Assembly: GCA_964565125.1 (NCBI GenBank) | Contig: CAZMCX010000029.1 | Span: 2,084 to 9,005, forward strand | From: an uncultured archaeon | GTDB taxonomy: Archaea; Iainarchaeota; Iainarchaeia; Iainarchaeales; 0-14-0-20-30-16 | DNA: 6,922 nt | Direction of reading: 5' to 3' | Part shown: positions 1 to 5,955 of the stretch, piece by piece | How positions within the stretch are numbered: position 1 is the first letter of the stretch | Layout: each line of letters starts with the position of its first letter | Position numbers and translations under genes: made by a program | Notes under the pieces: generated by a model | The model's input: the letters and a program-made list of their open reading frames with translations, nothing else | Databases searched by the model: none | What the model was told of the DNA's origin: nothing

Positions 1-15
1 TTAATAAATATAAAC

Positions 16-1464
16 TTATTTCCCCGTCTTTTCTGCATATAACTTGTTGATTAATTCTTCGGGGTTCTCATAATATTTTTGAATATATTGAGTAACTTCT
101 TTGTAGTCCTCTACCCCTTTGTTCAAAAGGAATTCCAGAATCTTTTCTCTTAACTCTATTTCGTCATAAATCTTTACTTTTTCTACGCCAATTGCTTTTG
201 CAACATTTTCTGTTGTTCTAGACGGTACAGAACTTCTATTTATTTTTTCATCATCATTGTCATATTCAAATACATTGCTCAAAAGAACTTTGTTGTCCAT
301 TTTTTCTATTTCTGCAATTTCCGAAACAAACCTCGTAATTCCTTTTTTGGTGTCAAACTGCTTTTTTATTGTTACAATTAAGTTAAGTAAAGGCAAATTC
401 GATTCGGGTATTGACATTGGTTCATTTTTTAGTCTGATAATTGCCTCTTTAGAATTGTTTGCGTGTAATGTTCCTAATAGGCCGTTGTGACCCGTGTCCA
501 TGGCCGTGAACATAGTTCTTGCTTCCTCGCCTCTTACTTCCCCAATAATTATTCTATCTGGCCTCATTCTTAAGGCATTTTTTAGTAGCATATCCATAGT
601 AACTTCTTCGATTAAGCTTGTTTTTGGCCTTGCTTCCAGGGAAATCCAGTTTTCTCTATCTGATAAATTTAACTCAGGGGTATCTTCAATAGAAATTATC
701 CTTTCATTGTATCTTATGAAAGATGTTAGCGCAAATAATAAGGTAGTTTTTCCAGATCCTGAACCCCCAATTACTAGGGTGCTTTGTGGGCATAATCTGA
801 ATCCGTCTATGCAGGCCCACAAAAATGCTGCGGCTTCTTTTGAAATAGTGTTATTTTTTATTAAAGATACAATTGATAATGGTTTTTCTGTGAATTTTCT
901 TATTGTAATTGTGGGGCTAAAAGGGCTGACATAATTTGAGGTAATATTTATTCTTGAACCATCAGGTAACCTGCCATCTAAAACTGGATTGTGGTCATCT
1001 AATTTTTTTGCAGTAAGATTTTGTAGTTTATTTAAAAATGTAAGATACTCTTCTTTTGTGAAGTTAATATTAGTTTTACAGAGACCCTCTTTTTGGTGGA
1101 ATATAAATATTGGAGAATCTGTTTTGTTTACCATGATTTCTTCAATTTCGTCGTTGTCGAAAAAGAAACTTAAACCACCATATCCAGATAAATATCTGCT
1201 TACTGCTTTTGATTGTTTTATAGTTCCTAGGCCAGATTTTAAAAGTAATTCTTTTATTGTAGAGTCTAAATCATCCTGCTCTATTTTATTAGGGAATGTG
1301 CTGCCAGACATTACAAAATCCAGTTTTGAGAGAGAATCTTTTAGGAAAGAATCTCCTTTTTTTGAAAGGTCTTTAATTTTTTTGATAAAAGAGTAGATTT
1401 CGTCTTTGTTAGAAACCTTGTAAATCTTAAAAGGATAGTCTTGCTCAATAACATATTCTGGCAT
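16..1464 (-). CDS. Type II/IV secretion-family (T2SSE) hexameric ATPase, archaeal FlaI/ArlI/PilB-like
   Basis: 482-aa ORF. Walker A GGSGSGKTT verified at nt 742-768 (minus strand). Asp box IISIEDTPEL, Walker B/Arg-finger region RPDRIIIGEVRGEEA and His box GHNGLLGTLHAN are in the family order. GGTGA Shine-Dalgarno (plus-strand tcacc, 1471-1475) lies 6 nt upstream of the ATG. Confidence 0.9.
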   Translation of the reverse strand: MPEYVIEQDYPFKIYKVSNKDEIYSFIKKIKDLSKKGDSFLKDSLSKLDFVMSGSTFPNKIEQDDLDSTIKELLLKSGLGTIKQSKAVSRYLSGYGGLSFFFDNDEIEEIMVNKTDSPIFIFHQKEGLCKTNINFTKEEYLTFLNKLQNLTAKKLDDHNPVLDGRLPDGSRINITSNYVSPFSPTITIRKFTEKPLSIVSLIKNNTISKEAAAFLWACIDGFRLCPQSTLVIGGSGSGKTTLLFALTSFIRYNERIISIEDTPELNLSDRENWISLEARPKTSLIEEVTMDMLLKNALRMRPDRIIIGEVRGEEARTMFTAMDTGHNGLLGTLHANNSKEAIIRLKNEPMSIPESNLPLLNLIVTIKKQFDTKKGITRFVSEIAEIEKMDNKVLLSNVFEYDNDDEKINRSSVPSRTTENVAKAIGVEKVKIYDEIELREKILEFLLNKGVEDYKEVTQYIQKYYENPEELINKLYAEKTGK

Positions 1465-1532
1465 AAAAAATCACCGATTGATAGTATATATTCCATAAAA
1501 TAATATAAACCTCTGTGTTTATATATCAAGAT
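1465..1532. promoter_or_regulatory. Divergent AT-rich promoter region between the ATPase gene and cca
   Basis: 68 bp between divergent start codons. TATA-like taatataaa at 1501-1509 is centred ~28 nt upstream of the cca ATG (1533), which has no SD, so cca may be leaderless. gtatatat/ataaaataatata elements are available for the minus-strand gene, which does carry GGTGA. Confidence 0.45.
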
Positions 1533-2789
1533 ATGGAAGAAATTTTTGCAATAAAAAAGCAGATCTTAGAATTAGTTAAACCAACTTTGAAAGATAGAGA
1601 AAAATACAAAAAAAAGCTTTCAAAAATAATTCAAAAGATAATGAAATACTCAAAAAAGAAAAACATTCCTCTGAATAAAGTAGTTGTGGCTGGCTCTTTT
1701 GCAAGAAATACATCTCTAAAGGATAATACTGATTTTGATTTGTTTTTGCTTTTTGATAAAAATGTAGAACTGAACAAGATTGTTAAATATAATAAGAAAA
1801 TAATTTATTCTTGCTTTTGGAATAGGCGGTTAGTGGAAAGTTATTCCGAACACCCTTATGTGCAGTATCAGAGAAAAAAATATAAAATCGATTTTGTGCC
1901 TGCTTATGAAATAAAAGATTATAAAGAAAGAAAAACTGCTGTGGACAGAACGCCCTTGCATTTGAAATATTTACAAGAAAATATGTCGGACAAACAGAGA
2001 AACGATGTTCTTGTTTTGAAACAATTTTTGAAAAATAATTTGTTATATGGGTCTGACCAAAATATATCTGGATTTTCAGGATATCTTGTAGAAATCATGA
2101 TATTATATTACAAAGATTTTGAAAACTTTTTAGTTCATTTCCCTAAGCTTAAAGGAGAATCAAGAATTGTATTAGAAAAAGATGGAAAAAAAGAATATTC
2201 TGATCCTTTAATTGTTATTGATCCGGTTGACCCAAATAGAAATGTAGCTGCCGCCCTGTCTTTAAAACAATTTGAAAGAACTAAGAAGCTGTGTAAAATA
2301 TTTTCAGAAAAGCCAAGTAGGGAGTTTTTCTTTTCTGACCCGGAGCCAAATTTAGAAAAAGTGTTGGTTTATAAAACAAAAAAACCAGAAAAAAATACAG
2401 ATATTTCCTATGGAATGGTAAATAGAACTTTAAAAAGAATAAAAACTACCTTGCCAGAAATTAATGAAACAAATTCTTATATTGATTCGGATTTATATTT
2501 AGTTTTTTCTTTGTCAAAATTAGAACTGGAAAAAACATTTGAGGTAAAAGGGCCTTCTGCAAAAGATATAGAAAATGGAAAAAAATTCAAAGAGAAACAT
2601 CCAATTGTTTATGAAAAAAACGGGCTCTTATTTGCTAAAGAAGAGAATAAAGAAACAGATGTTGAGAAAATAATTGAGTCTCAGGTAATTCAATACTTTG
2701 GAAAGTCCAAGAAAATTACAAAAATAGATGCAGACAAAATTATTTTGAAGAAAAAGATTTTGGAAGCAAAAGGATTGATTAATTTATAA
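1533..2789 (+). CDS. cca: CCA-adding enzyme (tRNA nucleotidyltransferase), archaeal class I
   Basis: GSFARNTSLKDNTDFDLFLLF with the catalytic DxD (GAT TTT GAT at 1731-1739). Also EHPYVQ, DRTPLHLKYL, GFSGYLVEI and DPVDPNRNVAAALS, all in the order recalled for Archaeoglobus-type class I CCA enzymes. The track ORF begins at GTG 1515; the first ATG at 1533 (MEEIF...) is preferred. Confidence 0.9.
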   Translation: MEEIFAIKKQILELVKPTLKDREKYKKKLSKIIQKIMKYSKKKNIPLNKVVVAGSFARNTSLKDNTDFDLFLLFDKNVELNKIVKYNKKIIYSCFWNRRLVESYSEHPYVQYQRKKYKIDFVPAYEIKDYKERKTAVDRTPLHLKYLQENMSDKQRNDVLVLKQFLKNNLLYGSDQNISGFSGYLVEIMILYYKDFENFLVHFPKLKGESRIVLEKDGKKEYSDPLIVIDPVDPNRNVAAALSLKQFERTKKLCKIFSEKPSREFFFSDPEPNLEKVLVYKTKKPEKNTDISYGMVNRTLKRIKTTLPEINETNSYIDSDLYLVFSLSKLELEKTFEVKGPSAKDIENGKKFKEKHPIVYEKNGLLFAKEENKETDVEKIIESQVIQYFGKSKKITKIDADKIILKKKILEAKGLINL

Positions 2790-2796
2790 TTTTTTT
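2790..2796 (+). terminator. Oligo-T tract (T7) immediately after the cca stop; possible archaeal intrinsic terminator
   Basis: ttttttt starts 1 nt after TAA (2787-2789). Archaeal RNA polymerase terminates at oligo-T runs. It is only 16 nt before the next ATG, so read-through is equally possible. Confidence 0.3.
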
Positions 2797-2812
2797 GCAT
2801 CTAATCTTTATT

Positions 2813-3211
2813 ATGATAATATATATTTCATACAAATTCTCTGAAATTGACAAATTTCTATTAAAAGACAAGCTAATTATGCTTTCTAGGGCTCTTGAAG
2901 ATAAAGGAAACAAAACAAAGATATTTTTTAGAGATGTACAGGGCTGGGGTGATACGCCAGTTAAGCAAGAAGAAATATTACCTAAAGCCTATGGACTGAT
3001 AAAAGAATCTGATCTGATTTTTGCATTTATAGATGTTGGCGAAAAGAGTGAAGGCCAACTTTTAGAACTTGGCTTTGCAAAAGCAAAAGGAAAGAAAATC
3101 GTTCTTGCAATTAAAGACGGGCTTGGATACAAGTTCTTGAGAATGATTGCTGATGAGGTAATAGAATTCGAAAACTTTGGAGATTTAATAAATCAAATTA
3201 ATGCTTTGTGA
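2813..3211 (+). CDS. Nucleoside 2-deoxyribosyltransferase / DNPH1(Rcl)-like fold protein, function unknown
   Basis: 132 aa from ATG 2813 (the track ORF starts at TTG 2795). N-terminal beta-strand MIIYISYKFS, then ESDLIFAFIDVGEKSEGQLLELGFAKAKGKKIVLAI. This matches the recalled family signature (hydrophobic strand, xxGxxxELGyAxaxGKpv) including the Glu of ELG. TATA-like tttataat (2783-2790) is centred ~26 nt upstream of the ATG. Confidence 0.6.
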   Translation: MIIYISYKFSEIDKFLLKDKLIMLSRALEDKGNKTKIFFRDVQGWGDTPVKQEEILPKAYGLIKESDLIFAFIDVGEKSEGQLLELGFAKAKGKKIVLAIKDGLGYKFLRMIADEVIEFENFGDLINQINAL

Positions 3212-3965
3212 TATGGGTGTTTATATGAATATAAATAAGGACGCATACGGTTGGGAAGTGTGGGATTATCAAAATAAAAAAGACGGATTTGAAATAATTC
3301 ATAGAGGGGATAATACTTATTGGATTTCATCTGGACCAAAGACCTATTTTTCTAAATATAAAGATTGGCCTGATAACCTAAAAAAAGCATTGAAACAAGT
3401 AAAAGGAAAAGTATTGGATATTGGCTGTGGTGCCGGCAGAACTTGCCTATATCTGCAGAAAAAAGATTACAAGGTTGTTGGTATAGATAATTCCCCCCTA
3501 GCTGTAAAAACTTGTAAAGCAAGAGGGGTAAAAAATGTAAAAATAATGGGTATAGAAGAGATAGACAAATTAAAAGAAAAGTTTGACACTATTCTAATGC
3601 TTGGAAATAATTTTGGATTATTTGGAAGTTATGAAAAAGCAAAAAAGATTTTGAAAAAAATGTATAACCAGACAAATGATGGTGCGTTAATAATTGCAGA
3701 AAGTATTGATCCTTATAAAACAAAAGACCCCCTTAATTTGGAGTATCAGAAAAGTAATGTAAAGCAAGGAAGAATGGCTGGTCAATTGAAATTGCAAATA
3801 GTGTATAAGAAATATATTGGGCATTGGTTTGATTATCTGATTGTTTCAAAAAAAGAAATGAAAGATATTTTGAAAGGAACTGGCTGGAAAGCAAAGGCAT
3901 TTGTAAACCCGAAGAAAAGTACTAAGTGCTATGTTGCAATAATTGAAAAAGAAAATAAAAAATAA
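3201..3965 (+). CDS. Class I SAM-dependent methyltransferase (Rossmann fold), substrate unknown
   Basis: Motif I VLDIGCGAGR verified at 3411-3440. The acidic end of beta-2 is VVGIDNS; later motifs are ILMLGNNFG and GALIIAES. There is an aromatic-rich ~65-aa N-terminal region. Start is uncertain: ATG 3201 overlaps the upstream stop by 11 nt, and alternatives are ATG 3213 and ATG 3225 (the latter preceded by GGGTG). Confidence 0.85.
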   Translation: MLCDMGVYMNINKDAYGWEVWDYQNKKDGFEIIHRGDNTYWISSGPKTYFSKYKDWPDNLKKALKQVKGKVLDIGCGAGRTCLYLQKKDYKVVGIDNSPLAVKTCKARGVKNVKIMGIEEIDKLKEKFDTILMLGNNFGLFGSYEKAKKILKKMYNQTNDGALIIAESIDPYKTKDPLNLEYQKSNVKQGRMAGQLKLQIVYKKYIGHWFDYLIVSKKEMKDILKGTGWKAKAFVNPKKSTKCYVAIIEKENKK

Positions 3966-4824
3966 AAATGTGATTTTTGTGGATATTATAAAACACACAG
4001 AACAAGAAATAAAAAAGACAATAGAAAACTACAAGCTTTGTAACAAAAAAGAAAAAGTCCTTGTTGCGCTTTCTGGCGGAAAAGATTCTGCCACCACCCT
4101 TTATGTTTTGAAAAAGTTAGGATACAATGTTGAAGCATTTTATTTAGACCTTCTTATTGGAGACTGGAGCAAAAAAAATCAAGTAGCGGTACAAGGATTG
4201 TGTAAATTATTGAAAGTAAAATTACATCTTGTAAATATTCGTGACGAATTAGGATATTCAATGTGCTCTATTAAGGGCGGAATAAAATCTAAAGAACGGC
4301 TGTCGAATTGTATGATTTGTGGGGTAATAAAGAGATACTTGCTAAATAAAACCGCAAGAAAACTTGGTGCAAAAAAGATTGCGACAGGACATAATTTAGA
4401 TGATGAGATAGAAGTTTATTTTATGAACTTGCTTAAAGCAAATACAGATTTACTATGGGGTGTTGGGCCACAGAATGGTGTAATACGAGACAAGAAATTT
4501 GTGCCAAGAATTAAACCGCTTTATTTTATTACAAATGCAGAAACAAAAAAGTTTACTAAGACTCTAAAGTTGCCAGTAGTTTATGAAAAATGCCCTTGCT
4601 CTACAAAGGCAGGAATAAGAAATGATGCTAGGGCCATGATATCAGAATTTGAAAAAAAGAATAAAAAGATCAAGAAAGAATTAATAGAAAATATGCTTAA
4701 GATAATAGAACAGAACCGCCCAAGAAAATACTGGGCAATAAGCTATTGTGAAAACTGTGGGGAGCCGTCTAGAAATAAGGTTTGTAAGAGCTGCTTACTT
4801 TTTGAAAAAATGTTTAAAAACTAG
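3943..4824 (+). CDS. PP-loop ATP pyrophosphatase, TtcA/TtuA/NcsA-family tRNA 2-thiolation enzyme
   Basis: PP-loop SGGKDS verified at 4072-4089, and ATGHNLDDE is present. Candidate [4Fe-4S] triad is C123-x2-C126 plus C217/C219. C-terminal zinc ribbon is C269-x2-C272-x8-C281-x2-C284 (numbering from TTG 3943). There is no in-frame ATG before the PP-loop; start candidates are TTG 3943, GTG 3970 and GTG 3979. Confidence 0.85.
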   Translation: MKKKIKNKNVIFVDIIKHTEQEIKKTIENYKLCNKKEKVLVALSGGKDSATTLYVLKKLGYNVEAFYLDLLIGDWSKKNQVAVQGLCKLLKVKLHLVNIRDELGYSMCSIKGGIKSKERLSNCMICGVIKRYLLNKTARKLGAKKIATGHNLDDEIEVYFMNLLKANTDLLWGVGPQNGVIRDKKFVPRIKPLYFITNAETKKFTKTLKLPVVYEKCPCSTKAGIRNDARAMISEFEKKNKKIKKELIENMLKIIEQNRPRKYWAISYCENCGEPSRNKVCKSCLLFEKMFKN

Positions 4825-4845
4825 TGAAAATATTTGGACTTTAGA

Positions 4846-4908
4846 TTTATAATCTTTTCTGTTAATACATATATATGCCTAATGTAAGGCTAAAAAACAA
4901 TATGGGAG
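4846..4908 (+). promoter_or_regulatory. Putative csp promoter and leader (TATA-like elements plus SD)
   Basis: atttataa (4846-4853) and catatatatg (4868-4877) are TATA-like. GGGAG at 4904-4908 lies 9 nt upstream of ATG 4918. Confidence 0.3.
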
Positions 4909-4917
4909 TTGAATAAA

Positions 4918-5163
4918 ATGAACGGAACAGTAAAGTTTTACAATGTAAAGAAAAGATTTGGTTTCATAACTGGCGAAGATAGCAAAGATTACTTTGTTCA
5001 CTTGTCAGGTGTTGAAAAAGGAAATTTTTTGACAGAGAATTCAAAAGTTGAATTTGAAGTTGAAAATGACGAAAAAGGTCCTAAGGCAGTTAATGTTAAA
5101 TTAACAGAACCAAACCCACCAAGAGAAAGAAAGCCAAGAAAGACTGAAGACGAAGAAGAATAA
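4918..5163 (+). CDS. csp: Cold-shock domain protein (CspA family) with a charged C-terminal tail
   Basis: 81 aa from ATG 4918 (track start TTG 4909). RNP1-like KRFGFI and RNP2-like YFVHL, with overall colinearity to CspA (GTVKFYN...GFGFI...FVH...V.F.V....KGP.A.NV). An extra 19-aa tail, TEPNPPRERKPRKTEDEEE, follows. Confidence 0.9.
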   Translation: MNGTVKFYNVKKRFGFITGEDSKDYFVHLSGVEKGNFLTENSKVEFEVENDEKGPKAVNVKLTEPNPPRERKPRKTEDEEE

Positions 5164-5181
5164 AATCAATCTTTTTTGATT
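5164..5181 (+). terminator. Weak AT hairpin with embedded T6 run after csp
   Basis: aatcaa (5164-5169) pairs with ttgatt (5176-5181). T-run at 5172-5177 starts 9 nt after the csp stop. Confidence 0.3.
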
Positions 5182-5186
5182 ATATT

Positions 5187-5744
5187 TCAAAGGGCACTAT
5201 GTTGCCCCTTATCTTTTTTTACTCTATCCGCAACATTGTATCGCTCATCATTGGGATAGAAAGTAGCATAATATTTTTGGAATAATCTTGATTTGGTTAT
5301 TGATCTTAAACTACTTGAAATTGCTTTGATTGTTTTTGGAATTGTATCAAATTTTGTCAGAAATTTAACTAACTTATCTCCTTTTACTGCTTCATGTACT
5401 ATCGCTTGTCCAACAAGAATTTTTTCGGTTTCAGCAAATAATAAATATGTCCTGTTTATTGCTCCAAAAATAAAACCAAATGGGAAAACCGCTAGAATGT
5501 CTAGCCAATGGTGAGTGAAAAAAAACCCGATATCTTTTGATTTTTTATAAATTACTATTAGATCTATTGAAAACACAGTAATTACTAAGGCCTCAATAAT
5601 TTCCAAAGTAAGTTGCATACTAGGACGGTCCAGATCTCCAAATATGTTGTAAAAAATCACAAAAATAAGTAAAAGAAGAATAAAAGGCATAAATTTGCTA
5701 TTAATTTTGTCTACTTTCTTTAGAAAAGGACTAATCTCCCCCAT
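5187..5744 (-). CDS. Integral membrane protein resembling the S1-S3(S4) voltage-sensor part of Ion_trans-family channels, with no pore domain
   Basis: 185 aa. Hydrophobic segments at ~aa 18-35, 44-66 (with E48/E51/D61) and 79-95. FFFTHHWLDILAVFPF mimics the S3 consensus (F..xWNxxDxxaxxP). The K/R-rich amphipathic stretch KLVKFLTKFDTIPKTIKAISSSLRSITKSRLF is a degenerate S4 at best. There is no TVGYG-like selectivity filter and no S5-S6. Confidence 0.7.
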   Translation of the reverse strand: MGEISPFLKKVDKINSKFMPFILLLLIFVIFYNIFGDLDRPSMQLTLEIIEALVITVFSIDLIVIYKKSKDIGFFFTHHWLDILAVFPFGFIFGAINRTYLLFAETEKILVGQAIVHEAVKGDKLVKFLTKFDTIPKTIKAISSSLRSITKSRLFQKYYATFYPNDERYNVADRVKKDKGQHSAL

Positions 5745-5955
5745 GCTTATAATAAAACAAATTAATTTAAGTGGTTTTCTATTATGCTGGTATGTGACAA
5801 AGCTTTGTACACTTGTATTATAAGGTGTTCTTTGTTCCTCTTATTTTCTCTTTTGTGGTATGACTTGCTCTATTTGTTCTTTGCGCGTAGTTTTTAAGCT
5901 ATTATATCCTTTATTTTACAAAATAAGTGGTATTAAGAGTGGGGGGTGGTAACAA

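Noticed and set aside
257-1396. Three + strand ORFs (257-490, 494-934, 989-1396) from the track
   Set aside because: They lie entirely antisense to the well-supported ATPase gene. Their products are low-complexity, Ser/Phe/Ile/Leu-rich strings typical of shadow frames in AT-rich DNA. They have no motifs and no RBS.
1341-1529. 62-aa minus-strand ORF spanning the ATPase 5' end and the divergent promoter
   Set aside because: It overlaps the ATPase N-terminus out of frame and runs through the promoter region. It has no recognisable motif or RBS, and the ATPase start at 1464 has a proper GGTGA SD.
2795-2812. Non-ATG N-terminal extensions proposed by the track (TTG 2795; likewise GTG 1515 and TTG 4909)
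   Set aside because: In each case an ATG lies 3-6 codons downstream, with better context: TATA spacing for 1533 and 2813, and a GGGAG SD for 4918. The extensions add no conserved sequence.
1515-3211. Reading the nucleotidyltransferase plus NDT/TIR-like-fold neighbour as a CBASS- or Thoeris-like signalling defence pair
   Set aside because: The 418-aa protein matches the archaeal class I CCA-adding enzyme along its whole length (head, neck, body and tail motifs), not a CD-NTase. The tRNA here lacks an encoded CCA, so the enzyme is housekeeping.
4071-4078. Possible att-like repeat of the tRNA-Thr 3' half (ttctggcg, also at 6854-6861)
   Set aside because: It is only 8 nt long and lies inside the SGGKDS-coding codons of the thiolase. 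This is consistent with chance and is not a credible integration scar.
3943-4824. PP-loop ATPase as DndC/QueC-like DNA-modification enzyme (phosphorothioation or deazaguanine system) paired with the methyltransferase
   Set aside because: The ATGHNLDDE motif, the CxxC...C triad and the terminal zinc ribbon fit the TtcA/TtuA tRNA-thiolase architecture. No DndA/B/D/E, Dpd or restriction-type partner genes are present.
5293-5514. 73-aa + strand ORF inside the membrane-protein gene
   Set aside because: It is an antisense shadow of a hydrophobic coding region, with no independent start signals.
5784-5897. 37-aa hydrophobic ORF (MLVCDKALYTCIIRCSLFLLFSLLWYDLLYLFFARSF) that could pass for a type I toxin-like peptide
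   Set aside because: The region is strongly T/C-rich, and such sequence yields Phe/Leu-rich ORFs by chance. There is only a weak GTGGT 8 nt upstream, and no antisense RNA or terminator evidence. Revisit it only if it is conserved in related genomes.
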